Of a stretch of DNA of 64,000 nucleotides, positions 39,901 to 54,900 are shown in pieces. Source of the DNA: Owenia fusiformis (Eukaryota). The DNA lies in NCBI GenBank assembly GCA_903813345.2, contig CAIIXF020000001.1, positions 6,820,001-6,884,000 of the forward strand, given 5' to 3'. Numbering within the stretch: the stretch's first letter is position 1; the number at the start of each line of letters is the position of its first letter. Below the pieces are notes generated by a model. That model had not been told where the DNA came from. It made no database searches and saw only the letters and a list, made by a program, of their open reading frames with translations. Both the position numbers and the translations under genes were made by a program.

Positions 39901-42900
39901 ACTGTAAAAAATACTTGGCCATTTCTACCTACTATGTTGGCAATATCATCATATGGTACCAATGCTTTGTTTCTAATGACATCCTTAATGTATATCAGTT
40001 TTTTCTCAATCCAATTAGAAAAAAACAGAGTTTTATTAGCTCTTACAACATTGTCATTATTCCATAATATATACTCATCTTTATAATTACAATATTCTAT
40101 CCACATTTTTGATATATCAGCATAAAATTCAGAGCAGTTCTCTAGACCACTTATTTTTTCAGCTGAAGTGTTACTTCTAAAAACAGAGAGGTTTACTCCC
40201 AGCTTATCATACATACTAAAGGGAATAGATTTCCAATGCCCTTTGGAGCTATCCTTAAGTTTTTTGACCCACTGTAATGCATATGCAATTTGCATGTCTT
40301 TAACATTGATCATTTGTAGACCACCTTCAGAATAGTCTTGTACAATAACATCTCTTTTAACTTTCTCAGGCACATTCTTTAAGTCACATTCCTTAAATTT
40401 TCCCTTGGCCCAAATAAATTTGAAAACCATTGTATTTATTCTGTTTAAAATATTCTCTGGTAAAATAAAGCCTTGCATTATATAGGAAAATTGTGATACT
40501 TACTTTAGTCAAAATACCAGAGCCTGGAAAAATCACTCACTCAATATCCATGAAAGAAGTTTCAGTTTTGATTGACTGCGAGAGCAAAATTTAAGCTGAG
40601 CTAAACGGCTTTCGTGCATCGTAAAATTGACTTCCTTTTAACTATGCCATCTGGTGAATAAATAATTGTTTTTGTGTCACATGACCTATCTTTAGACACT
40701 TCAACACCTCCCTCGTAAGTTTATCAAATTAAAATTACATTTTTTCAGTCCAAGAAGCTGCACAAAAATTATAAACACCGCTGGACATATTCCTTTTCAC
40801 TTTATCTTCTTGATGAGACACATCGGAACTTGGTATTATTCATAGCCATTCAACCAAGCCACAAAAAGTATGTAAATTAGTTGTTCAACATGTTCAATTG
40901 TGTCAATATTATCGGGATTCAACCTTTAACAGTTATGATTATTCCTTTTCAAGATAAAAGAAGGTTCAATTCTGAACTAGACCGCAGCAACGCCAAAGCG
41001 TAGCAAATCCCATCGAACAGCCATGGCTGGCATATTTACAAACAAAGTATATAGCAAAAATGGCAGCCATTTTTCAAAATGGCCACCTTCTACCAAAAGT
41101 GTCATTAGACAGTGTGCCATGCTTATAGTATTCACATACCAAATATGAACAAAATCGCTCCACTGCTTTTCAAGTTATAGTAAAATACGTTAAAATGGCG
41201 GCCATTTTTCAAAATGGCCGCCTTCTACCAAAAGTGTCATTAGACAGTGTACCATGCTTATAGTATTCAGATACCAAATATGAACAAAATCACTCCACTA
41301 CTTTTCGAGTTATGGTAAAATACATTAAAATGGCGGCCAAAATGGTGGCCATTTTGAAAAATGGCCGCTTTCTACCAAAAGTGTCATTAGACAGTGTGCC
41401 ATGCTTGTAGTATTCACATACCAAATATGAACAAATACGCTCCACTACTTTTCGAGTTACAGCAAAAATCGTAAAATAACAAGTAAAGGCCGCCATTTTT
41501 CAAGATGGCTGCCATGTGCTTCTTTAATATCTACATTTCTAGCTTTATTAATGTCCTATATAATTTTTTTACATTTAAAACATATTGCTATTACAGTTTT
41601 ACATATTACACCTAAATCACTGTAAAATCGGCACTAAAATGGCCGCCATTTTTAAATGAGCGGCCATTTTGAAAATCGGCTTTCAAGCAGAACTTCTACC
41701 TCCATAGGGTATATGTGTACAAAACATGAACAAAATCAGGCCAACGGTATTTGAGTTATTGCCCGGACGGACGGACGGACGGACGGACGGAGGCGTTCCC
41801 TATATCCCTCCGAACTTTGTTCGATGGGATAAAAATGTGCTTTTCGCTCAATATACAGTATTTTGCACCTGTAAATTATGTACATGATATGTACATGCAT
41901 GTAATGGATGAAAATGCACCAAGTTTACATGTACATGTCTGTATAAAACAATAGCAAAAAGACACGTAATTTACAATTTTTTGGGAAATTGACTTTAACA
42001 ATTTTTGCATTTATTTATACTGTTTATGTTATACTAAATGAATATGATAATAAATAAATAAAAAAGATTAAAAAAAATTCCAATAATCACATTTTGTCCA
42101 AGCAATGCTAAAAAAGTATTTATTTATTTTATTAAAGTGTCACTTGTATCATATCATACAACCAGCCCTATCTGGGCTTATGAGACACATTTGAACATTT
42201 TAAAATAACTAGTTATTGTTTAAAAATAAAGTCTTTCCTGATCTGCATTATGTCAATTAAATACTGACCAAACATCTTAGTGTATCTTTTACTTTTAAAA
42301 ATGTCACTTAAAGTCAGACTCTCTATTTCCAATTTTTCAAAGAACTCATTTCTTTTTTTCTATATGCACTACAATCAAAAATAAAATGCTTTTCATCTTC
42401 GATTTCACCGGACTTACAAATGTTACAAAAAAAGTAAGACGGAAATATGTAATGTGATAATGTTACCTTAACATGGATGAGCTGTGGGGATTCAGATACA
42501 TTGTGGAACAGAAGCTTCCTCTGTACTTCAAGATCAATGTTGTTGTTGTCCATTCCACTAGAGTAAAGAATAAAGCAAAATGTAGATTGTCTTACTTAAA
42601 AAGCCTCATCTCCAGCCAGTATTTATTTCAACAAACATATGTTGGAGAGAATGGGAGGGGGGGGGGCAGATAGCTTGATCCAGTATTATCTGCAAGCTGG
42701 GATACTTGTATAACAAACAAGTATCAAAAAGCTCTATTAGAATCATATTTTCTCTCAGATTGTACTTTATGTTGATCAGATTTCCAATCAAAGCATGGAC
42801 AGTTACCAGGCAGGCCATTAACAGAAACTTAGTACAGTTACGAATTCATGAAATCCATTGTTCTCTAACTGTGACGTCATAATATCCATGGTAACAACAA

Positions 42901-45900
42901 TTGATTTACGAATTTGTAACTTTACGAGGTTTCTGTTCATGATCCCCAGGTAGATATCATTTTTAATAACTTTGAATGTGACTAACAAAGATGCAGGAAT
43001 TACCTTATATGAAGTCCATTTGCCTTGTAGCTGGTGTCTGTAAAAGTGGCCTGGAAATATTCATCAAACATTGATAGGTTTTTTGGTTTAGAAAGGTGTT
43101 TATAGTATGTTAAGTATTAAGTTTAGTTTTAAGTTTATTGGCCCAACAAAATATGTCTTACCAAGTACAAGCTAACATTTGTATGCATATAATGCAGCTG
43201 AATGTACATTATCAATAACATGTTATGCTCGTATGTTAACATGGTTTGTGTTCTTTGTATACATTCAAGAATAGAGAATGTTCCATAGTTAAAGGAGATT
43301 GTCAAATATTTACATGTCTCATTTTAAGACAAGCAGAAAACATCTGTTAAACATTGTATCTCATGGTTTAAAAGCAATATTCAATGGTTATGCCAAAATT
43401 TAATACAATTAAATTACAAAAATACTGTGACATGATATCCTCTGTGTACCATAGTGTCAAGGAACTCTAGGAAATATTTTCTTGTAAAAAGAGCTACCGG
43501 TATGTAGTATATAGTTTGTATGACTAAATATATATATATATATCTTTTATTGACTCTCTGATGTCATTACAATGACATATTAGTCACTAAAAAAAAAGAA
43601 TAAATACTAGATTAGTATTTTTGCGATTTTTGATTTTTAAACTTTATTTTTACAAAATTTTGATTCTAGTTTTAAAGTATGATATATCTCCCCATAACCC
43701 CCAGGTATAGAGCAATGTCTTGTCCACTGTTGAAGAACATTGTACATGTCCTAAAATGGGATAAATTGTATTACCTCAGTTTTTCCCCACCAAACAGAGT
43801 CGCTGCCAAGTTTTACAATGTTATCTGCCCCAAGAGAGACTGCTGCAAATAATTCCAATTCACTGGGGACATCACAGAATGTTTTCTCATTATTCTGAAA
43901 GAATCAATGATCATTGCTTATACCGTATGCATACAGTCTAAAAGTGGAAACTGGAACAAAATTGAGTCATAATGTTGTTATCACACGTGTAGAATTTGCT
44001 TTAATTTAAAGCAATTATTACTGTTATATAATATGACAAGACACCAACATAAGAGCTCACAAGTGTTCTCATGATAGTTATATGAAGTTATGAACTGTTA
44101 TTTGGCCTACCTGTTTATCAAGAACACCATTTACGTACATCTGGATGGTTATTTTGTCCTCGTCTTTTCCTTTACCCCTTGTTACAACTACTCTGATAGA
44201 ATCTTTCACACCCCTAGGCTTTATCTTTTTCTCCTTGGCACTTTTAACCTTTAAACCAGCCTTAACATCTGGATCAAACACGGGAACATTCTTTTTGAGT
44301 TCTTCCAAGAAATTTGCCTGATTATTTTGTGCATCTTCTTTGCTTGTATTAGCATCTGGAAACAATGCACTTCTGAGGAGGTTATCATTTGCATTGGCAT
44401 TGGTATTGGTTGTCAAAGTGCGCGCCTGTAAGTTTGTAGATAATACGTTCACATTGGACAGTGCAGGATCATTATTCAGCTGAAGATCAGGTAAATCATC
44501 AAGCCTGTTGGACTCTTCCAAGAGACCTACAGATATGGCTCCATCACGGGGCACCGGAGGTCTAGCAGCTCGTGTTGCCAGTTGCTGTCTAGGAGCAGCA
44601 TGCATGTAACCTCGAGTTCTCTGCGGTTGTACATTTGGTACCGCTTGTGTAGAGCTTTGCAGATTATCCTCTTCATCCTCTGCTTGTATATCATTCAGAA
44701 TCTCCTGCAAATCTTCATCTTCACCATAGTCTTCATCTTCATTGTCTTCGTCACCCTCAAAGTCATCTTCATCATCCGAATCATAGACATCTGTTTCTCT
44801 TTTGACTTCAGGGTGGTTATTTTCGCTAAATACAGATATCAGCATGATAATTAGAAACACTTTCATAGAAAAAGATATTGGTGGCTTCATTAATAAGAAA
44901 ATAGTATTCTATTTAAATAGGTGCCTTGTTTGGAAATTCTATATAATTGTCCTTTATAACTCAAACTTACTTTCCGGCTATTGGATTCCACATATAAACA
45001 TGTCGTCGTTTATCATGATTTATATCCCAGAATGCAACATCAGCAGGAGCCAGACCAATGAGGACACTGTTTCTCTCATCAACTAAAATCTCTACAACAA
45101 AATACATGCTCGATCAAGAAATGATTTATTAGACTTATTGACATACAATCACATGGTCCTATGTCTTTTTGTCTCGTGTTATTCATGTATTTCTTTCCAT
45201 GCCTCTGTTTGATGTGGATGTTTGTACAAATAGGTTAATCAAAGAATCAAACCAATCAATTCATGTTTTAACACTGTAATACAGTGACATACTTAGTAAC
45301 ATACCCAAGCTGAATTCCTTTATTTTACCATCTTTCTGTGAATTCTTGCCTTCATTCACAGAAAATAATGGAGTCTTGGCCATGTATAGTCCCGGATTCT
45401 TGCTTCCATTTTTGTATTCATCTTCTGTATAAACTTCTGGGCTGTGGCTATTTAAAGGAAATATTAATAACTTAATTGAAATGAAATGAATTGAGATTTA
45501 AAAATGAGCCTGACGATAGGAAATGAATAGCAATGTCTGACATTTAGAAATAGAGAAAACAGATAAAAATTGGGTTGGATGACTGATGATTTTGTTTTTT
45601 AGGTAATGTGTCACATGTATTGCATAAAGAGAAAAATAATCAAAACTTGCATTGCTTAATTTGAAATTTTGCATGCATGTACAGAAATGTCAAACTTTAT
45701 ACTAATTCCTCATATATGTGTGTGTCCAACTTTTTGCCCACTATGTATGAAAGCCTGTATATTCAATCTAGAGTGAATAATCTTACCATAGAACAGCCTT
45801 CTCTGGCCAGATCTCTGTTGCCCAACAATAGCGGTATTCATATACACCAAATGGCCCCATTATTGGGGCTGGCATATGTTCCTGAAACACATAACATTTA

Positions 45901-48900
45901 GCAGTGAAAAAAAAAGTTCATTGAGTTACTAACATATTTCATATTGATATTACAGGGTGTCCAAAAAAACAAATAAAGTAGACCCCACACATTTAGTTAT
46001 GAAATGTGCAAAATGTGTACCTTTGGTGAATGGGCAGCTGGATCTGAAAGTTTGATGTTGAGCATTCCATTTAGATTGTCCAACTCTGAATTAGCATCAT
46101 GATCATCTAAATTATCACTAGAGCCAATCAATTGATAGACAACATCACTGCCAGTAAATGCAGTTCCATCCAGATAAATAGAAATGTTGTGATTCTCACT
46201 GAAATAAAAGGTTTCAATATTAATATCGGGACTATTTATTGGGTACAGTATCAACAAGAGTTTCATTTTTCATCAATATTAACAAGAGGAATGATCCGGA
46301 TAGGAAACGTTTTGGGTACCTTCTTAGAAATGTTTTGTGAATTAGAAAACACTGCATTTCTACTCTGTTTGTTTCTATTAAAAAATCTAATCATATAATA
46401 ATAGGTTACCTTGTCAAGAAAGGTACACTCAGTTGAGCTCTCTGTATTAAAATGCTGGCTTTATTGTTGAGGTAAGGGTCAAGTGGTACATCTAGCATCA
46501 TAGAGTGAATATTAAATTCATCTTCATCTTCTGAATCAGTGGACCCAAAATCAGAAATGGGAAATTCCCTTGTACTTTCTGTGATTATGTCACTGCTGCA
46601 GTATCCAGGTCTCAAGTAAGATTTGATTTTCTGCAACGAATAATGTAAAACATTATTTGAGTTTCAGTATATATATTATCTAAGAAAAAATTAACTTAAA
46701 GTAATTTTGTATAAATAATTGTCAACTATAACCAGACTACTTCACTTATTATCCTAAAGATTTTGCCTAGCTTTTATCAAGATGAAAAAAGCAACTGCGT
46801 AATCTCAAGTAAATTATACTATCGCATAACACAAATTCAAGTTTATAAGTTTGAAGGATAACTATGCATACCCAAAAATATGATGCACAGCTGGTACAAA
46901 TACCACAATCAAGGCAACCTATGATCTCCCCAGTGCAGCCACAACGTTGGGTATACTCTTGTAATATGCCATCATATGGACAATCCATTCCTGCTATCAT
47001 ACAATGACCACACAATGTACAGATGGACCTGAAGCTAGGATTTCCATTGAAAACCTGCCAGTTGTGGTTGTAACATATAGAGTGATTATCTGAAAAACAT
47101 TTAATACTCATAGCAACCATTTGTCTAAAATGTCAACAAATCAAAATCATGCATGGAATGTGAGTACCTGCATATTTTAGCTTTTACAAGTAATTAATTA
47201 AATACAATGTTCATGTTACTGACATCAGTCTTCCAGTTAAAAGAGGCGTTTACTAGGAACTTTCGGTCATAAGGAGATAAACATATTTCCCTGAGGATAA
47301 ACCCTGTACACTGTATGTAACCTACCATATATTTTCAATTGCATTTTTCTCTTCTCACATTTTGAAAGTGTATACATAAACAAATTAGTTCACTTAGGGA
47401 GGAGTGAGAATGGCATATTTCTGTGGGTTTCAGCCCCTATAGATAGCTGAACAGATACAAAAAATTCATGGCACTCCCTCAATACAATAAATAGTCCTGC
47501 ATGTTATCTAATGCTAGAATCTGAATAGTTATTTGAACACTCTGTTATATACTATTCAGGTACTCCCCATATCAGAAATGGGGTAGAGACATGAATCCAT
47601 AATGAGGTATATAAAGAATTAGTATATCATATAAATCAGAATTATACTGTATAAAAACCTCTTTTTAATATATATATCTTTTATTGACTCTTAGAATGTC
47701 ATGGTATGACATATTAGTCAGTACAAAAATAAAACCTCACTACACTACACTACATTATACTACACTACACTAGACTACACTACTATTATACAAATATAGT
47801 ACAGTATATACAAAAACATGTTATTAACATGTATTGAACATATGAGATATACAGTAAAACCTACATATAATGAACACCTATGGAGCCACAAAAAGTATTC
47901 ACTGTAGAAGGTGTTCACTACAGAAAGGGGATTTAATACAGGAGTCAATGTAAAAAGTGCCTTAAAGTGGTGTTCACTAAACAAAGGTGTTCACAGGAGG
48001 GAAGTGTTCAGTAAGACAGGTTTTACTGTATTGAAATAAAACATCTATTTTCTCATGACTTACGAGGCAATGTAGACGGCTGAGTGATCATAGCGACAAA
48101 TGGACCATAGTGTGTTTGGATCACATGATCTATGACATCAGCATAGAGGTAGAATACACTGCAGACAAACTTGTAAACTTTCTCTGAGCCTGATACAAGG
48201 GCACTTTCCCTGTTGTAACTCACTGTGCTACTCTGTAGTGTCATTTTACTGCAGCCTGAGTAAGAAAAAACAATACTTGTACAATATGATAAAATACAAA
48301 AATTCACTTAAATACAATAAACTAAAACATGATAACTTATAAAGTAAAGTATTGAAATAAAAGGTAACAGCTCATTTATATAAAATAGCTGCTTTATTGC
48401 AATTTAAGTGACCATACAATATCCTTCTGTTCACCACTCCATAAGGGCCCCCATGAGGATAAATATCACTACAGTTAAACGAATAATCAAGAGCTTGATA
48501 AATGGCTTATTCGAAAATTAGTTTTTATGACTCAATCCATAAGGCTGTATTTTGATTAGTTGAAAGCTGAAACTACCAATTTAACAGGGATGAAATATTC
48601 AGAAGCAAAGCAATCATACCATCATTTGTGACAGTCTTTATCAGAACCTCAGCACCACCCTGGTGTATCAACATTCCCTCCTTGGCCAGGACAACAAACT
48701 TGGCAAACCTTGAGCAAACAGCAGCGATTTGTTGTATGAGACCTTGTGATATGTCACAATTGAAGTTATACACCTTGGTCACAATCTCCCTTGGGACCTC
48801 AGCATCCGGAGTTGCAGGCATCTAAAAGTAAAGAATTTTTTCTTAAAAGTTATGAGAGTTTTTTTAGGTTGTACCTGGTATTTACATTTAGGTGTCAGTT

Positions 48901-51900
48901 CAATGGTGACCATTGATGTGATCCCTTGCTGGGAGGAATATGTCCATTGGTTAGATAAAGTGATATTATGATTGCTTGATAACATTGGCCTGATTGAAGG
49001 TCCCTGCATGAAAGGAGTTCAAGATTAACATAAGATCAAACTTCCTGCCATCCCATTTATGAGAAAAATACATTTTGTCAACATGTAATGGCCCGAGAAG
49101 TGAAAACAAAAGTGTTGCTCTTACCAAAGGTGCTTCAGGTTTTTCAATACTGGGTACATGTACAAAGACATATTTCTCTTCATCAAGTTGTGTCCTCAGA
49201 CATGGCAGACGAACCAGCAAACCTTGATGTTCCAGTAATGGTATCAATTTCTCTGACACCAACTGTACCTGAAATGAGAGGAATATGTTGAACATGCAGA
49301 AGTTAGCTACTTTTTCATGATCAAAAAGGGTTTGTCTCCCAGTGACTGAGGTGTCATTGTAGGACAAAGACTGAATAGATAACTTGCTTCAAATAAATGA
49401 ACAGACTGTGAAAAAGGAGGACTTCTCAAGTAAGATTGAAGCATTCAAACCTCCCATAAAACGCTTATGAATCAATAATCTCTTAAAGTGCCCGATAAAC
49501 TATAAAATGCGCATGCGTCCAGGTGTTGATAAACTATAAATAGCGAAAATCCAGGGTTTGTCACCACAAGGTAAGCCAGGACGTGTTGAGAGAACAGCTA
49601 GTGTTGATATTGAATTTACATGTAGCCAGATAAGTTTCCTTATTGAAATTACATATGGTTATTAGCAATACTTTGTAGGTGCTAAATAATAAAATATTTA
49701 GAGTATATATGAGAGAAATTGGTCATTTCGAACCTGTTGAAAAGTTTGTGGCTCTCGGCTACACCGGGGAATTTACTTCCATGAGTACACACATAAATGT
49801 GGGGTTCCCCAAGAAGTACGCGACAAGGTGACCTGGCATCAAATGTGCGACTAAATGCTACTATCGAGAAGATAAAATAACGAATACGACAATAAGTTAT
49901 TGCATGTGACAATTCCGAGCCTTCATCTCACTGAAGTATTTTGAAGTGAAAATAGGATTTTTGTTTTGATACATGTACATGGATTCAGATGAACGTAACT
50001 TTATTCTGACAACTAATCAAAACTGAACAAAATTAATTGTACGTAACAGACAATTTAATGTTTTACAATGTTTTGATTGGCTAAACGAATGAAACCAACA
50101 AATTATGACATGTAAAATGACAATTTTGAAATGTAAAATTTAAAAGTGACAAACACAACCTCCCTATCCACTCTTTGGGAGCCCTAGTAAATTAGTAATA
50201 TGTACATGCAGCAGTGGTAGTGTACAGCTTATTATCACACTACGCTTTGTATTCTAAAGCCTGTTGTTTGTAATAACACTGTTCACTCAACGTATGTTTT
50301 GTGTGTGGGCAGTCAACGATAATCATTGTTTTATCCCGGTTATATGACCTCGGCAATTATAACAGAACCGTACTAAACGAAAAAACGCAAATAAGAGAAA
50401 GCTTTCACACACATATAAAAAATGAACTAGTCTAATACGCCAGTATAAACTCTGTGCTATACGTAGCCGGGTCAGGCGCACACTTTAAGGTAATGGCATT
50501 TAATCAAATTGAAGTACAGTAAATGATTTTAAATGTAAAGTATTAAGACTCACAAACTCTTCTACTCCTTGATCCTTTGGATCATTTAATGTATCAATAG
50601 CCTTGACTAACTGCTCCACACTCCATACAGGAGTCCCAGGAGGTAAACAAGGAGTTTGCAGTCTCTTACTGGGGGTAGTACAACTATTTTCTGATGTGAT
50701 CAATTTCAAGATCTTGCTGTACCAAGTGAAGTCTCTCAGAACCACAGGTTGTTCTAGGTTTCGAAAATACAAAACATCACCCTGAAATAGACAAACAAAA
50801 GGCCTGTAGAGAGAAGATTTGAAAAATTTTACTTTTTCTGAGCTGTCAGGGCACCATTTGGCTTAAAATCTTCTTTGACATACCTATTTTCTTAAAATGT
50901 ATGGATAAACTATCAATTTCAGCATTAAGAAGTGTAAATTCAGTTCAAAGCTTCTATAAAGTGAGTCCCACTTATAGATTTTTAAGATCCACCATGGTTC
51001 AAGGGAAATATTAGCTGAAATAATGTTCATTCAGGGGGTTTCTTTGGAAATAATAAAAATATTTGATAGTCTTGATGAAATATCCAAAATTAAATATATT
51101 TTGACACTGGTCCATGATCGTTGAAATGTAAATCATCCTTTCAAAAACAAGTGTTTCATCTACACTCTGGGTTTATCTTTTGACCTAGGCTTCACAGAAT
51201 ATTAAGAACACGGTCAATCAAAATCCAGGTACCGTATCAAAATTTATTTACTTTTATGTTTCAAAAGTACCGGGCAGCTACTTTTGGGGTCTTTGAGATC
51301 TTACCAGCATCAAAACTGTATTTAAATTTCGATATAGAGCCCCTATGCAGCATTGCATTGTATTATACTATACATCTGTATTGTATTGTATTGCATTGCA
51401 TTGTAAATTGTATTATATTATATACAACTGTATTGTTTTTCATTTAATTGTATTGTATTTCATCACTTACTTCATCATGTAACACTTGCAAAGTGTTGTC
51501 TAAAATGGGATACTTCTGCATACAGAAACTGGTAGCATCTTCTATTTCAATAGATAGTAGATTTGCAATATCCAAAAATTTTGCATTGCTTTCATCATCA
51601 ATATCATCCATCATGTCTGAAGAATCCTCACCAGAGTAGAGGTGTCGAACTCCTGGAGATATGGCTTTTAACTGTGAGCCTAATGCAGCCAAGAGTAAAT
51701 CTTGGTCCTGGAACAGATTGTGTGTAACGAGGCTGTCAGTTACATGCAAGGCTAGAACAAGATCAAAATGTCACCACGTGTCATTTGTTACAGATGTCAT
51801 GTTACAGGCAAAGTACAACGACCACTGTACACCAAGAACCATCCACAAAAAAGTCCAAAAAGAGACCAATTACAATATTGTATTATAATACAATCAAGTG

Positions 51901-54900
51901 GTGACATAATAATAATCGGGAAGAATCCTAGAAAGTATTTTGATCATTTGTTGCTTATTAAAATTCTTTCACAAAAATCTCTCACCTTATACAAATGTGT
52001 ATATATTGGCCTATCAACTGGGTTTTCCATCTTCATGCTGTTACACAGTTGCTTAGCAACTGCCTCAAGTAGATACAGCATACCCAGCTGTTTCTCATCT
52101 TGTAAAGTCATGTGCATTTTGGATTTTAACCTTAAAATGAAATAAAACCTCGAGATAAAGGCCAATCATTTTATAATATACTATAATTGAAGCATGGGCA
52201 AAAATCCATTGCATTATCACTGCGCTAGAATCAACTGGTGATGAATATTTGTAACAACTCCGAGTCAGAATCGTATTACTGTTTGTGTTTGTCTAAATAG
52301 ATGGGTCTGCAGGATATGTGCACCCTGAACAGTACAATAGTTGGGAAAAGGGGCCAACAATTACTTTTGAAAAAATAATTCAACAATACCCTTCAGCTCC
52401 AAATGTTGCTTGTTCCTGTAGTTCCCCTACACAGTCCTGTACTATTGTGTCTAGTTGGTCAATACTGGCTGTTGCACTTGTGCCAATGACAAGGAACCTA
52501 CATCCAGTGTAGTGGGAACCATCTGATTTGGAATACCCATGCTAAAATACAGTAAAATGTACATGTATATACTACCCATCCTCTCAAAAATGTTCGTTAT
52601 TAGATCATTTTAAAATATTTTAAAAATAAAATACCATATTTTTTTCCTAATGAACAGTATCAGTTAGTTTACATTTGTGAAAAATACCTTGCTTATGAAA
52701 AAGAGCACAGTTTGCATGATGTGTCTTTTTGAGATCATGGAGTCCTGGGTTAAGTCGACAGGAATCACTACGAGACTCACAATCCTTGGTAACACATTGT
52801 CAAATCCATCCTGCAATAGATTAATAAAACATAAATTCTTTATGTTGTAAAATGAGTGGCATATGTAGATGTACACTACATGCAGTTTTGTAATTCTCAT
52901 TGTTAAATCAGTGCTGTCATATGGAGAGAGAATCTTATTTTGCCTCTCCTAAGGTCAAAGGTTATTACAATTTTTAGTTACCATAGTAAAATTAAGAATA
53001 GAAAAATTAACAAGTTATCAACTTTGGTGCAAGAAAATCTTCATCTTATACGTATGCATGTGCTACTCTGCAACACGCTGTTGTTTCAATTACTTTTGAT
53101 TTAAATCAAATGACATAAAATAACATTTGTGTATTTGATGTAGTACTTCACGATACCTTAAATGGGTTGAAGATCATAAACTTCCATTGCTTATCGTTAA
53201 TCTCTCTTTTACCAGTTTGAAAGAGGTGAGACCTTTCCCCAACCTCATCTGGTACGTTAGTATTATCACACAAAGCTTTCATCACTTCTGTCACTTGTGC
53301 ACTTTCTGTCTCATTCTTAGGTACAACCACAATTGGAAACGTAAATTCCTCGTCTGAAAAAAATATCATGATAAACACACATGTACCTACTGCATTTTAA
53401 AATCAAAACTTTATCAAACTTTATCAAACCAGGGTACAAGCATGGTGAATGAAAAGGTTAAACATTAAATGAACCCAAATGCTCAAAATACAGTTTTTAA
53501 AATCTTTATAGAGCTTCTTTGAAAAAAATTTAATGCCTTGTTTGGGTCAAAAATAAGGCTTATTATTTGTATTATTATAATTATATTTTTAGGCCAAAAT
53601 CTTTTCTTAAATCTTTTCCTTAAAAAGTTCACTGATATCATATTTGAATCAAAGTACTTTGTACCTGAGTCTATTTGCTGAACTTTAATTTTCTCATTAA
53701 TCGTAGCCCTCCCTTTAGGTTTAAATCTCTTTTCTCGTTCTGTTGCCGTATTAGCATATGTGATAGTTGTGAAGTTAAAGACGGACATTGTGGTTTCATC
53801 ATGAGAGAACAATGCTGCGCTTTTCCCTGTGATGTTTGGGCAGGCATCAAGTCTGACCTGGAAAAAAACAAGTATACCATACATATACTTTGAAATATAA
53901 AAAATCGAAGTGGTATAATGAGGTTATATAATGGTTGATTCCATATATCGTGTTCATACTCAAGTGAGTAAATGATATTTTCATGAGTGACTGAAGGGAA
54001 TGAGTGAATGTATCATATACTCACAAGAGTATAACGATATACAGAATCAACCACTATATGATCTTATTATATCACCCTAATCTTTAATCAATAAAAGGTT
54101 AATCTAAATTCAGCAGTTGCATATTAAGTCGAAGAGTTGTATACACTGCCCAGGAGTTGTATACGCTGCCCAGGAGTTGTATATCGTTCTCAAGAGTTTG
54201 TATACGATGAGTGTTGGTTTTATATTGCAGTTACACAATGCTATTATATAATCATATAAAGCACTTAGGTCGGGATAAGTATATTTATATCTAAATGATT
54301 AAACATACTGATATCTAAAGAAAAAACAATTATAATATAGACTTTATTTCAATGTATCACTTGATTTACATAGTATGTTTTACACAGTAAGTGAATAAAA
54401 GACTAAAATAAAATACTGTTATGAGAAACAAATGTTTGTTGTGTTGTCATATGGTCAAAAATAATTCATAACATTTTATTTACACTTAATGTCATTGAAG
54501 TGTCTATACATTTTATTTAAACATTCTTTCAGGAAAAAGAACACATTTCGATCAGGCCCTTTTAAATGCAAACTTTCATAGGCACATCTTGCTAAAAATG
54601 AGTAAAAGGGTCATCTCAACCTTCATTAGGTAAATGTGCTGGATACCATGTTATCTTACTTTAATAATGTCATCTTTGTCCCTCCCCTCCTGCATTAGCC
54701 TATGTAGCCAATATATACCATCATCTGTGATGTTTGGGCAGTTCATTATTAACACAGTCTCTAGCTTGAATCGCTCCTAGAAGATACGAGGAAGAAAAAG
54801 AACAATATTAGCCAATAATTAAACAAGTTTGAATCAATCAAAAGTGATAAGGTATATGATAACAGCCATGTAAGTCTACATCAAAATCATGATTTTTTAT

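Noticed and set aside
49487-50484. TTAA-flanked Kolobok-like element
   Set aside because: Only AGTG/CACT match at the ends, which is too weak to call.
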